A stretch of DNA of 64,000 bases from the human T2T-CHM13v2.0 reference genome, Homo sapiens, in the NCBI RefSeq assembly GCF_009914755.1, contig NC_060948.1. One strand, 5' to 3'. The notes below the pieces were generated by a model, which made no database searches, was not told the origin of the DNA, and saw only the letters and a program-made list of their open reading frames with translations. Made by a program: the position numbers and the translations under genes. Of the stretch, positions 16,701 to 30,575 are shown piece by piece (positions within the stretch are counted from its first letter, which is position 1; every line of letters starts with the position of its first letter).

Positions 16701-18785
16701 GGGTGGGGAGGGAGAAATGGGAGTATTTCTATTATTCTATATCATGTCTAAGATACCTATTAATTTAAACCTCAGTAATCTTAATCAGATTATCTTCACA
16801 TGAGATGAGAATAAATTCTCTACCTGAAATTCTCCACCTTACAATATAGGATCAAGGCAAGAATTTCGGAAGCTACATATTGCTAAAAAACTGAATTATC
16901 TCTCTGTGTATCATCCATATAGAAATTAATGAGCTTATATCTAGAAGCTCATCTTTTTTTTACTCCTCTGACAACTTAGACAAGGTTAAAATCTTAAACA
17001 AATTTTAAATTCCCTTTAAAGAAACACTATAAAGGAAATACTACTTCTAACTTGGCAATTAAATTTTCATTAACCTAGTAATTTTTACATATTTTAGTAT
17101 AAAGGACAAAATGATCTGACAATACATTTACTTAACATTTGATTGCCTCAGAAACGCACCACCCAAGAAATATGAATAAAAGGATTCCTCAAACAGTAAT
17201 AATGAATTGACCATTTTATCGTAGTTAATGATCCTTTTGCATTTTTATTACCAGTATTGTCCTTGTTATTTTCTTTTTTCTTCCTTTGTAGCCTTCATTT
17301 CATGGTCTTTTAAAATTGCATTGTCATTTAAAACTTTTTAAATGATTCCAAATAATATGGCACCATTCTCTTAAAGTTTCTAATGATTAGTAATTTCTAC
17401 AACCATCTGTATATTTATACTGGTAGCTTTCAACAGAAATACCATTTAGATTAGATTAAAAGATTTCATAAATTAGGTTATGCACATCTAATTTTACTTT
17501 ATAAAATATATTTAAAGATAGCTTTGCATTTTAAAGTTTTATTCTCCAGCGTATGATATTACAAGATATGAGTGACATCAAAACCACCTCTTCAAAATTG
17601 AAAAATTTCATCCTGTGGATTAATAAATGTTATGTGGCTCAAAATGCCTTCTTTATTTGGCTGCATTTCCCATGGTAGGTAGTTCAGAGTTTCATATCAA
17701 GTAGGAGTTGAGTAAATACTTGTAGTGTATGTATGGAAAATAGTTGCTAAATAAATTCTACCAGAAAATAACTGTGATTTCCATGGGCACTCTGTTAAAA
17801 AGGGGGAGGGAGGGTAGATATTTATTTGTTCATATATATGATAGCTAAATAAAGTTAAAATATATTTTTGACAAAAATAACCACTCAGTATATTGATAGC
17901 ATCATTACAATTGTTTTTTTACTACTGGCTATGAAGTTTTATAATTAGAGCTCTGAATCATTAACAAAATCCACAGGAAAACCTAGTGAACAAACTTTCA
18001 TAGGTTTTCAAAATTTATATTTTTTATTTTTATGTTTTAAATCAATTAAAACTTATTTGTGAGCTCAATCATCTTCAATACAATTTTAGTTGAGATATAG
18101 AAAGTCATGTTGTATTACTCCAAAGCATACTGTAAATCCATTAATATAAATCTGGACTTGGCTAATGTAGTTTAGTTTAACAAGGAATAGACAATAAATG
18201 AACTACCTTAGTTTCTGCAATAGAAAGTGGTGGAGGGGGGATTCATAGTGGTGTTTTTTGTTGTTTGTTTTGCTTTTTGTGTCTTTGTTTTTAAAGAGCT
18301 ATTATTGTAATTGCTACTAGGGACTATAAGTCAACAATAAACTTATTCAAAAAAAGTTTTATAAATAATTTGCTGTTTTAAAGCTTCAGTATCTTGTTCC
18401 TGCATCGAGCCTGACCCAGCAAATAAATATAGTGAGGAAATGAATAGTTAGCATATAAATAATTCCTATTATTTGCAGTGATAGTAATATTAAACAGTGT
18501 TCAACCTTCTTTCCTGGTTGCTCCAACATTTTGGAAACATATTCTTGTGGCCTACACTCACAGTGTGGATCACTCACCCTTTAGGATTATTAACAGAAAG
18601 TCTTATGAACATATGAAGGAGATGAAAGGCAGCTGGAAGAGGTCCCATATGCTCTATTCCTTTCTCTTAGATTTTATGCTCTGAGAACATCTGTGTGAAG
18701 AGTAAAGTTGACATGGTGTTGCCAAAATGTCAGTGTTATGGGACTTGTAATTGATTACAAAAATGACCCTTAGTGTAGAATAGTG

Positions 18786-18945
18786 TAAAAAACATGAGGT
18801 TGGAATCAGTCCTGAAAGTGAATCCTGATTTTCTTATAAAACGGATATAACAGAGGGTAGATGTGCAGGACAAATGATATAATGTATGTAAAGCTCCTTG
18901 AATAGTGCTTGAAGTCTTTTACTTGAACAGTAATGATAACTATTG
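18786..18945 (+). mobile_element. MIR fragment
   Basis: ttggaatcag...ataatgtatgtaaagctccttgaatagtgcttg. Confidence 0.55.
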
Positions 18946-19257
18946 TTCTTGTCTTCATTTTTGTTGATATATCAAGACTTACAGTATGGAAGCAAATTGA
19001 CACGTGCCTGTCCTTTCATAATCAAAAAGCATTAGTGATGTGACTTGTGAAGCAGTGTGAAAAGGTTCTGAACACACAGTAGCCTTCCTATAAGCAGAAT
19101 ACCAAAAGCAAACTCACTTTGCCTAGAGTAAGCTACTTACTTGGGATCCAAGGGGGATTATTACAATTCAAGGTCAGGTCCATTATATTATTTTTTCATC
19201 TTCTAAGATCAAAAAGCATAAGCACAAGATCCTTATAGATGTATTTTAACCTAAATT

Positions 19258-19258
<1 letters not shown>

Positions 19259-19298
<40 letters not shown>
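19259..19298 (+). repeat. (TATC)10 microsatellite
   Basis: Direct reading. Confidence 0.97.
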
Positions 19299-19300
<2 letters not shown>

Positions 19301-19685
19301 CCTATTTAACAGATTTTCTATTTGTACATTCATGCCATAGTGTGCAAAGACTTTTGCCATTTACCCATATGCTGTTTAACACTTGGTTTAACAAAAAGAA
19401 GCTTAATGAAAAGAACACAAATGAACTATCTTTCATAACTATCAAACATATTTTTCACTAATCTTAGTAAGATTCTATAATTACATGATACTACTTTTTT
19501 CATTGACATAGCTTAAGAGAAGAAAAGACAAAATGTAAGTATCAGTCTCTGGCAGACTATGTTAAATATGTTTACTCATAATGAATTAAATTTATAGGGT
19601 AAAGAAGAAGAGTGAATTTTTAAAAACGTATATTCACTTAATGAATACCTGAAGTAATGATGTACAGCCACACTCAAAATTTAAA

Positions 19686-19855
19686 TTTTCTTTTCTTTTT
19701 AAGAGACAAGGACTTGACTGGTCACCTAGGTCGGAGTGCAGTAACATGATCATAGCTCACAGTACCCTCCAACTCCTGGGCTTAAGAGGTCCTTCTGCCA
19801 CAGCCTCTCAAGTAGCTAATTTTTTTTTATCATTATTATTCTTTGTAGAGACAGA
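19686..19855 (-). mobile_element. Truncated AluJ-like fragment
   Basis: agagacaagg...ggagtgcagtaacatgatcatagctcac...tttgtagagacag, cut off by an LTR fragment. Confidence 0.8.
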
Positions 19856-19979
19856 TGTATTAGTCCGTTTTCATGCCCCTGAAAAAGACATACCTGAGAC
19901 TGGGGAATTTATAAAGAAAGAGAAGTTTAATGGACTCACAGTTCCACATGGCTGGGGAGACCTCACAATCATGGCAGAA
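19856..19979 (-). mobile_element. THE1/MST LTR fragment (3' terminus only)
   Basis: tgtattagtccgttttcatg...gacatacctgagactggg...cctcacaatcatggcagaa. Confidence 0.88.
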
Positions 19980-22130
19980 AACATCCAGAAAAGAAGTCTA
20001 TCGACTCAATCTACACTGAAGTTAAAGGAACACCCACACACACAAATGAGGAAGAACCAACACAAGAACCCTGGTAACTCAAATGGCCAGTGTCATATGT
20101 CCATGAATGACTGCATCAGTTCTCTAAGAAGGGTTCTTAACCAAGCTTAGCTGGCTGAAGTGACAGACATAGAATTGAGAATATGGATAAGAACAAAGAT
20201 CACGGAGATTCAGGAGAATGGCAAAACCAAATCCAGGAAAACTAAGAATCATAATAAAATGATACAGGAGTTGAAAGCCGAAATAGTGGAATAACAGCAG
20301 AATAGACCAACATGAGGAAATAATCTCAAATCTTGAAGACTGGCTCTCCAAAATAAGACAATTAGACAAAATTAAGAAAAAAAAGAATAAAAAGGAATGG
20401 ACAAAATCTCTGAGAAATATGGGCATATGTAAAGAGGCCAAATCTACTAATCATTGACATCCCTGAAAGGTATGGGGAGAAAGCAAACAACTTTGAAAAC
20501 ATATTTCAGGCTATCATTCATAAAAATTTCCCCAATATTGCTAGAGAGGCCAACAGTCAAATTCAGGAAATACAGAGAACCCCTAAAAAATCAGACACAA
20601 GAAGATCATCCCCAAGAAACATAATCATCAAAATTTCTGAGGTCAAAATAAAAGAAAGAATGGCAGCTAGAGAGAAGGGGCAGATCATCTACAAAGAGAA
20701 TCCTTTCTGGCTAACACCAGACTTCTCAGCTGAAATCCTGCAAGCCAGAAGAGATTGGGGGCCTATATTCAACATTCGTAAACAAACAAACAAACAAATT
20801 CAACCAACATTTTCATATGCAGCCAAACTAAGCTTCCTAAGGGAAGGAGAAATAAGGTCCTTTTAAGATAAGCAAATGTTGAGGGAGTTCATTACCACCA
20901 GACTTGTCTTATAAGAGATCTTGAAGGAGCACTAAATATAGAAAGGAAAGACTGCTACCAGCCTATATAAAAACACACTCAAATACACAGACCAGTGACA
21001 CTATAAAACAATCACACAAACAAGCCAGCATAATAACCAGCTAATAACACAATTACAGGACCAAACGCACACATATCAATACCAACATTGAATGTAAATT
21101 GGCTAAATATCCCACTTAAAAGGCACTGAGTGACAAGCTCCTGCATAGCAAAAGAAACTGTCAACAGAGTAAACAGACAACCCACAGAGTAAATTATTTT
21201 TTGCAAACTATGCATTCAACAAAGGGCTAATATCCAGCATCTATAAGGAACTTAAACGAATTTATAAGAAAAAAACAAACAACCCCATGAAAAAGTGGGC
21301 AAAGGGCATGAACAGACACTTTTCTAAAAAAGACATACATGTGGCCAGCAGGCATATGAAAAAAATCTCAATATCATTAATCATTAGAGAAATGCAAATC
21401 AAAACCGCAATGAGATACCATGTCACACCAGTCAAAATGGCTTTTATTAAAAAGTCAAAAAATAACAGATGCTGGTGAGGTTATGGAAAAAAAGGGAACA
21501 TTTATACACTGTTAATGAAAGTATAAATTAGTTCAACCATTATGGAAAGCAGTATGAAATTCCTCAAAGATTTAAAGACAGAACTACTATTTAACTCAGC
21601 AATCCCATTACTGGGTGTATACCCAGAGGAATAAAAATCATTCTAACATAGAGGAACACGCACACAAATGTTCACTGCAGCACTATTCACAATAGTAAAG
21701 ACATGGAATCAAGCTAAATGCCCATCAATGGCAGATTGGATAAAGAAAACCTGGCACACATGAAATATTATGCAGTCATACAAATAATGAGATCATGTCC
21801 TTTGTGGGCACATGGATAAAGCTGGAGGCCATTATCCTTAGCAAACTAATGCAGGTACAGAAAACCAAATACAACATATTCTCACTTATAAATGGGAACT
21901 AACTGATGAGAACTCATGAACAAAGAAAGAAACAACAGACAAAGGGGGCCTCCTTGAGGGTGGAGTTTTGGAGGAAGGAGAGGAGCAGAAATAATAACTA
22001 TTGAGTACTAGGTTTAGTACCTGGGCAACAAAATAATCTGTACAGCAAACTTCCATGACACGAATTTACCTATATAACAAACCTGCACATGTATTCCAAC
22101 CTAAAATAAAAGGTTGAAAAAAAAAAAAAA
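19980..22130 (+). mobile_element. Old L1PA with ORF1, ORF2 start, large internal deletion at about 21135, ORF2 end, 3'UTR and polyA
   Basis: ORF1 peptide (AAREKGQIIYK...LQARRDWGPIFN); ORF2 5' end jumps directly to ctgcatagcaaaagaaactg; polyA 22117-22130. Confidence 0.9.
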
Positions 22131-22300
22131 GAATGTAATTTGATTGTTTGTAACACAAAGGATAGATAAATGATTGAGGGGATGGATACCCGTTTCTCCA
22201 CGATGTGATTATTATATGTTGCATGCCTGTATCAAAACATCTCATGTATCCCATAAATATATACACCTACTCTGTACGCACAAAAATTTGAAAATGAAAA
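22131..22300 (+). mobile_element. L1MA 3' terminal fragment
   Basis: gtaacacaaaggata...gatggatacc...catctcatgtatcccataaat. Confidence 0.8.
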
Positions 22301-23546
22301 CATGAAGTGGCAAGGATAGTAGATGTGCATATGTGTGTATGGTTTGTATTAAGGCTGAAGTTTAACATGCAGAACAGGAATTAGTTTAACCACTCAAAAT
22401 AGGAAGTCAGGATTCTGTTTATAGTTCTAACTAAAGATAACCAAATAATGATTTTAGTAAAATTTTATGTCTTTTCTAGAGATGTTGGTAAAATTTTATA
22501 GTCTGAGCTTCAGTGGATCTCTACTAAGATAAACAAGATATTTAAAATGTAATTTTGAAAAGCCAGATACTGATAATGAAGGATAAATTACCTTACTTAA
22601 ATACATAATTGACCTTATAACAGAAAAACAAATATGACTATAATTTTTAAATTGTCCATATGTCCCCTTCCTTCTCTCTTTAAACTTAGCATCTGCTCAT
22701 TAATTAATTTCACTCACTTCTATTAAGTGTATCATGTGCTCTGGCACTGTACTATTATTGCTTTTGAGTCTTAAGTAAGCAGAAGAAAAGCTTTCTTACA
22801 TGGAATGGCCCACTGTTTTACATGGAAACAGAAGTCCTGCAACAGGTGCAGAACTTTTCCTAGCTGCTGTCTAGTATATATTTCTCCCTTAAGGTATTCT
22901 TGTAAGGGAAAAAGATAATTGATAATTAGTCTGAATGAACCCAAGGGTGGAAAAGGACCCTGCTTTAAGCCCTAATATGACTAAACCTTGCAGAGAAAAT
23001 AATGAAAAAGATTTAAAAAATACAGCTATAGGTAACAAGACAGATGACAGCATGATTTAATTGTATTGAAAACAATAAGGGACCTACTGCTAAGTAATGC
23101 ACCTACTGCTAAGTAACGCATCGAAAATTGGGTGCTGCCAAAAATGGCCAGTTGTGTGCTTTGAACTTAATCTGATAGGTAGTAAGACATACGTAAGCGA
23201 ACACAATATTTTAGAGTCTATAGAAATTTGATGTTGTAAGTAAATTGAGAGTCATATATTCCATCTTCAACTCAGTCAAGCACCCTTGCCTACACATTGT
23301 CCTTTCCTTAATTCTACTCTAATGACAAAAGTACCAGACAACATGTATCCTGAATGATGTCTTTTATTGTTTTAAAAATTGCATGTATATTGCATAAACA
23401 CGTATTTTAGTAAACATAAGACACACAATATGATTTTAAAAACTCCCTCGGTGCTGTTGCTTTCACTCAAAGCAGTTATTATTAAGGGAATTGATTATTT
23501 TGTTGAATTTAATTTAAAATGTTAATTATGTATCATTTATTGGGGT

Positions 23547-24103
23547 TGACAAAGTTCAGGATATTCTACTCCAAAATATGATACCTTGTCATACTGAATA
23601 TTTTCAGCTGAAGTAATTTGAGAAAACAGCAGAAGCAGGAAGGTCAGTCTCAACTCCTCCCCACCTCTCCTTGTTACTTGAAGCATGCCATAAAACCTAG
23701 GAAGGATTTTCTGACTGTTCCCTGAAGCAGGTCATAAGACACTCAATAGAAAGGTACCCTTCTTATACCCAGAAGAAAAGAATATTTTTATATCTGAAGA
23801 TGAAGGGTCACAGAGAAGGAGTTGAACCAGCAGGTCTTGCTAAGTTTCCTTCAGTCACCATTGGATCTACCCCACTTTGTCCATTTATTTCTCCATAATT
23901 ATTCACTCTTCATCAAACATAAGCATAAAAATACACAAGTTTACCTGTTTTTATGGGTCTTCATTTCCTTATTACAGTCCCCATGTCATATGAAAGTTGT
24001 ACTGAACAGATTTGTATGCTTTTTCCTTGTTAGTCTTTTGCTATAGTGCCTAAGACATGAGATTAATATGGGTGAGAAAAAGATATTTCTCCTCCTCTCC
24101 ACA
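23547..24103 (+). mobile_element. ERV1 solo LTR, MER34/MER39-like
   Basis: TG...CA ends; ccaaaatatgataccttgtcatactgaatattttcagctgaag; ccctgaagcaggtcataagac. Confidence 0.7.
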
Positions 24104-25311
24104 GTAAACTTGATATACTTGGACTTACTTGGACGTATATGTCATGACACCAGAAGTAGACATGAATAGAATTTTTAATACTTTTGTATTAGAAAAATGC
24201 ACAGGAGACATCTGGAATTTCAACAAATATCAGACTATGCATAAATATGTAACCCAGAATTCATTTGGGTTTCCTAGGTGTTATTGTCAATTAATGGCAT
24301 TTATGTAATTAAACTGAGTTTATGAACTGTCATAAGAAAGAAGTAGTAAAGAAGTGTCTTTAGGGTCATACCTCTGAAGGTAAGAACACCAAGTGGGCTA
24401 CAATAATAACAATTAAGCTTATATATTATCCTAGCAATTACTTTGGATTGTGTTTATCTCTGTTATACTGAAATGGAAGCCAAAGCTTAAAAGGAAAACA
24501 AAATGTGACCTGAATTTGGAGGAATATGGACAGACCTTAGATGGAATCAGAGCCATAGGATCTTCCTCCATGTAATGAATGACCAAACCATGCAGCTATT
24601 CTGGATGGCTGTGGATCAAGTCAGCTTGCATATAGTACTAAAACCATTATAATTTTGAAAAATATATCTAGGAAAGTATGAAAAAGTGATTGAGTTTATA
24701 AATCAAAACTTGCTAAAAGATTTTTCTATGTATAAAGACATAAACTATTTAAATAATCACTGCTTGACTTATTTTAAACATTTTTATGAACTTCTTGAGA
24801 GTTCAGGTTTAGGTACACAAACAGATATCAACTTCAAAATTTCAGCTCTTTCTCTCCCCTCCTCCTCCATTCTTTTCCTCTCCCTTCCTTCCTTCCTACT
24901 ATCCTTTCTTCTGCTTGCATCTACTTATGCATTGGAGACAGTCTAAGCAAAATGATTCCCAACAAAACATTACACTTAAACAATCTTTGGAAGACTAAAG
25001 ATTTTTTAAAAACAATAAACCACAAGATGTTATGAATTATCGGAAATTACATAGGAGAATGGAGTACAAACAGTTACATTTCAGAGCCGTTTTTACTTGA
25101 TAATTATACTTAATGACAATGTTTTGATAGCTAGTTTTTTAAAAAAACAATTTTATTCTCTTTTATTATGGAGTGTGAACATGCTTTTCCTCTTGGTATT
25201 CTCCAGTGTCAGCCTTGTTTTTAGTGCTGAATAATGTCAAAGATTAAATTTTCTTTTTAGAAACCATTTTTTTCCAATAATTTATTCTAATTTACAAGAT
25301 CTTGAATGGTT

Positions 25312-28300
25312 TTTTTAGAAGTTTTATTTTAGATTCAGGGAGTACATGTGCAGTATGTTACCTGGGTATATTGCATGATGTTTGGGGTACAAATGACCCA
25401 GGTCCTGAACATGGTACTGAATAGTTTTTCAACTTTTGCATCCCTCCCTCCCTCCCCACTCTGGTAGTCCTCAGTGTCTGTTGTTGCCATATGTATGTTC
25501 ATGAGTGCCCAATGTTTAGCTCTCACTTACAAGTAAGAACATGTGGTGATATTCTTTGGCTGTGTCTCCACACAAATCTCATCTCGAATACCCATGCATT
25601 GTGGGAGGACCTGGTGGGAGGTAATTGAATCATGGGGGCAGGACCTTCCCATGCTGTGCTCCTGATAGTGGGTAAGTCTCATGAGATCTGATGGTTTTAA
25701 AAAGAGGAGTTCCCCTGCACAAGCTCTCTCTGCCTGCTGCCATCCACGTAAGATGTGACTTGCCCCTCCTTGCCTTCTGCCATGATTGTGAGGCCTCTCC
25801 AGCCATGTGGAGCTGTTAAGTCCAGTAAGCTTCTTTCTTCTGTAAATTGCCCAGTCTCAGGTATGTCTTTATCAGCAGTGTGAAAACAGACTAATACAGT
25901 AAATTGGTACCAGTAGAGTGGGGTGCTGCTGAAAAGATACCCAAAAATGTGGAAGCAACTTTGGAACTGGTTGACAGGCAGAGGTTGGAACAGTTTGGAG
26001 GGCTCAGAAGAAGACAGGAAAATGTGGGAAAGTTTGGAACTCCCTAGAGACTTGTTGAATGGCTTTGACTAAAATGCTGATAGTAATATGCACAATGAAG
26101 TCCAGGCTGAGGTGGTCTTAGATAGAGATAAGAAACTTGTTGGGAACTGGAGAAAAGTTGACTCGTTATCTTTTAGCAAAGAGATGGATGGCACTTTTCC
26201 CCTGCTCTAGGGATTTGTGGTACTTTGAACTTTAGAGAGATGACTTAGGGTATCTGGTGGAAGAAATTTCTAAGCAGCAAAGCATTCAGGATGTGACTTG
26301 GGTGCTGTTAAAGACATTCAGTTTTATAAGGAAAGCAGAGCATAAGAGTTCTGAAAATTTGCAGTCTGACAATTTGATAGAAAAGAAATTCCCATTTTCT
26401 GAGGAGAAATTCAGCCAGCTGCAGAAATTTGCATAATTAACTAGGAGCCAAATGTTAATCACCAAGACAATGGGGAAAATATCTCCAGGGCACACCAGGA
26501 GGCTTTATGGCAGCCCCTCCTATCACATAGCCTCCTCCTGGAGGCCTATGAGGGAAAAATGGTTTCATGGGCCAGGCCCAGGGTTCCCATGCTGAGTGTT
26601 GCCTAGGGACTTGGTGCCCTGTGTCCCAGCTGCTTCAGTCATGGCTGAAAGGGGCCAAGGTAGAGGTTGGGCCATGGCTTCAGAGGGTGCAATCCCCAAG
26701 CCTTGGTAGCTTTCACTTGTTGTTGAGTCTGTGGGTACACAGAAGTCAGTAAGTGAGGTTTGGAAACCTCTGCCTTAGACTTCAGAAGATGTATGGAAAT
26801 GCCTGGATGTCCAGGCAGAAGTTTGCTGCAGGAGCAGCACCCTCATGAAGAACCTCTGCTAAAGCAGTGTGGTAGGGAAATGTGGGGTCGGCACCCACAC
26901 ACAGAGTCCCTACTAGGGCATCATCTAGTGGAACTGTGAGAAGAGGGTTACAGTCCTTCAGACCTTAGAATGGTAGATCCACTGACAGCTTTCACTGTGT
27001 GCCTGGAAAAGCCACAAACACTCAACACCAGCCCACGAAAGCAGTTGGGAGGGATGCTGTACCCTGCCAAGTCACAGGGGCAGAGCTTTCCAAGACTATG
27101 GGAACTACCTCTTGCATCAGTGTGACCTGGATGTGAGACATGGAGTCAAAGGATATCATTTTGGAGTCTTAAGATTTGACTGCCCTGCTGGATTATGGAC
27201 TTGCATGGGGCCTGTAGCCTCTTTGTTTTGGCCAATGTCTCCCATTTGGAATGGCTGTATTTACTGAATGCCTGTTCCCCCATTGTATCTAGGAAGTAAC
27301 TAACTTGCTTTTGATTTTACACACTCATAGGCAGAAGGGACTTGCGTTTTCATGGATGAGAATTTGGACTGTGGACTTTTGAGTTAAAACTTTGAGGGAC
27401 TGTTGGGAAGGCTTGATTGTTTTTTAAATATGAGGACATGAGATTTGAGAGGGGCCAGGGGTGGAATGATATGGTTTGGCTGTGTCCACACCCAAATCTC
27501 ATCTTGAGTTTCCATGTGTTGTGAGGGAACTGGGTGGAAGGTAATTGAATCATGGGGGCAGGCTTTTCCCATGCTGCTCTCATGATAGTGAATAAGTACC
27601 ACAAGATCTGATGGTTCTATAAGGGGGAGTTTCCTAGCACAAGCTATTCCTTTGCCTGCTGCCATCCATGTAAGATGTGATGTGCACCATGATTGTGAGG
27701 CTTCCCCAGCCATATGGAACCATAAGTCCATTAAATTTCTTTCTTTTGTAAGTTGCCCAGTTTTGAGTATGTCTTTATCAGCAGTGTGAAAATGGACTAA
27801 TACATGTGTTATTTGGGTTTATGTACTTGTATTATTTTACTTAGGGTAATGGGCTCCAGTTGCATTCATTTCATAGCAAAGGACATAATTTCCTTTCTTT
27901 TATGGCTGTGTAGTATTCTACAGTGTATACATAACACACTTCCTTTATCCAGTTCATCACTGATGGGCACCTAGGTTGATTCCATGTCTTGTTATTGTGA
28001 ATATTGCTGCAACGAACATGCTGTTGGCATGTGTCTTTTTGGTAGAAAAATTTATATTTCTTTGAGTATATACCCAGTAATGGGATTGCTGTGTCAAATG
28101 ATAATTCCATTTTACATTCTTTGAGAAATCTCCAAGCTTCTTCACACAGTGGCTGAATTACTTTACATTCCCACCACCAGTGTATAAGCATTCCCTTTTC
28201 TCCATAGCCTCACCAGCATCTGTTGTTTTTTGTCTTTTTCATAATAGTTGCTCTGACTGTTGTGAGATAGAGATAGTATCTTATTGTGGTTTTGATTTGC

Positions 28301-30575
28301 ATTTTTCTGATTAGTGATATGGAGCATTTTTTGCAACCCACTGGTATGAGATGGTATCTCATTTTGGTTTTGATTTTCATTTTCTGATGATTAGTGATAT
28401 GGAGCATTTGTTCATGTTTGTTGGCTACCTGTATGTCTTCTTATGAGAAGTGTATGTTCATGTCCATTGTCTATTTTTAATGGGGTTGTTATTAGGTTTT
28501 TGCTTGTTGATTTGTTTAACTTTCTTATAGATTCTTGATATTAGTCCTCTGATAGATTCTTGATATTAGTCCTCTGTCAGATGCATAGTTTGCAAATATT
28601 TTCTCCTATGCTGGAGTTTGTGTTTTTCCTCTGCTGATAGTTTCTTTTGTTGTGCAGAAGATCTTTAGTTTAATCAGTTCCCACTTGTGAATTTTTGTTT
28701 TTGATGTAATCACTTTTGAGAATGCAGCCATAAATTATATCCCAAGGCCAATTTCCAGAATGGTGTTTTCTAGGTTTTCTTCTAGGATTCTTATAGTTAG
28801 AGGTTTTACATTTAAACCTTCAACTTATCTTGAGTTAATTTTTGTATGTGGTAAAAGGTATGGATCTACCATTATTCTTCTGCATGTGGCTAGCCAGCTA
28901 TCCCAGCATCATTTATAACATAGGGAGTCCTTTCCCTATTGCTTAATTTTGTTGACTTTGTTGAAGATAAGATGGTTTCATGTAGGTATGCAGCTTTATT
29001 TCTGGGTTCTCTATCCTGTTTCATTAGTCTACATGACTGTTCTTGTACTAGTATCATGCTATTTTTTTTATTGTAGCCTCATAGTGTAATTTAAAGTCAG
29101 ATAATGTGATGCCTCCAGTATTTTTCTTTTAGCTTAACATAGCTTTTGCTATTCAGGCTCTTTTTTGTACCATATGAATTTTAGAATAGTTTTTTTTTCT
29201 AGTTCTGTAAAAAATGATGTTGGTATTTTGATAGAAATAGTGTTGAATCTGTAAATTGCTTTGGGCAGTATGGCCATATTAATGTATTAAGTCTTCCAAT
29301 CCATGAGCATGAAACGTTTTTCCATGTGTTTTTGTCATCTCTGATTTCTTTGAGCAGTGTTTTGTAGTTCTCTTTGCAGAGATATTTCACCTTGGTTAGA
29401 TGTGTTCCTAGGTATTTTATGTTTTTGGTGGTTATTGTAGATGAGATGACATTCTTGATTTGACCCTCAGCTTGAATGTTTTTTTGGGAAGGAGTGTAAA
29501 AATTTACTGATTTTTGCACATTGATTTTGTATCCTGAAACTTTACCATAGTTCTTTATCAGTTCCAGGAACTTTTTGACAGAGTCTTTAGGGTTTTCTAA
29601 ATATAGAATTTTGTCAACCACAAACAGTGGTAGTTTGACTCTTTTCTTTTTTTCCTATTTGGTTGTCTTTTGTTTCTTTCCCTTTCCTGATTGCTCTGGC
29701 TAGCTCTTCCAATACTATGTTGTATAACAGTGGTGATAGTAGGCATTCATGTCCTGTTGCAGTTCTCAAAGGGAGTGCTTCCAGCTTTTGTCCATTTAAT
29801 ATGATGTTGGCTGCATGTTTGTCATAGATGGCTCTTATTGTTTTAAGGTGTGTTCCTTTGATGCCTAGTCTGTTGGATTTTTTTTTTAATGATGAAGGGA
29901 TGTTGAATTTAATCAAAAGCTTTTTCTGCATCTATTGAGAAAAATAGTTTATGACAATATGGTTTTTGTTTTTAATTGTGTTTATGTAGTAAATCACATT
30001 TATTGATTTGTGTATGTTGAATCAACCTTGCAATCTCATGAATAATGCCTATTCAATCATGACAAGTTAACTTTTTGATGTGCTGTCAGATTCCATTTGT
30101 TAGTATTTTGTTGAGGATTTTCATGTCTGTGTTTATCAAGAATATTGGCCTACAGTTTCCTTTTCTTATTGTGTCTTTGTCAGGTTTTGTTTTCAGGGTG
30201 ATGCTGGTATTTTAGAAAGAGCTGCAGAGGAGCTCTTTCTCCTTGATTTTTTGGAATAGTTTCAGTAGAATTGGTACCAGCTCTTCTTTGTACTTCTGGT
30301 AGAATTGAACTGTGAATCCGTTTGGTCCAGGGCTTTTTTTTTTTTTTTTCTTTTTTTCTTTTTTTTTTTTTTTTGATTGGTAGGTTTTTTACTATTGATT
30401 CAATTTTGGAACTTGATGTTCCTCTCTTTAGGATTTCAACTTCTTCCCGATTCAATCTTGGAAGATTGTATGTTTCCAGGAATTTGTCAGTTTCTTCTAG
30501 ATCATCTAGTCATCTAGTTCATGTGCATAGAGTTGTTCTTAATAATCCCAGAGGATCATGTATATTTCTGTGAGG
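25312..30575 (-). mobile_element. Old L1P (PA16/PB-like) 3'UTR and ORF2, interrupted by THE1
   Basis: ORF2 RT-region peptides in the ORF track (SGYKINVQKS; [11 protein letters not shown]); sequence is continuous across the THE1 insertion. Confidence 0.9.
25547..27804 (+). mobile_element. Full-length THE1 MaLR (LTR 25547-25898, internal, LTR 27467-27804)
   Basis: TGAT...ACA LTRs, internal start gtaaattggtaccag, PPT ccaggggtggaa, TSD tgtgg/tgtgt. Confidence 0.95.
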
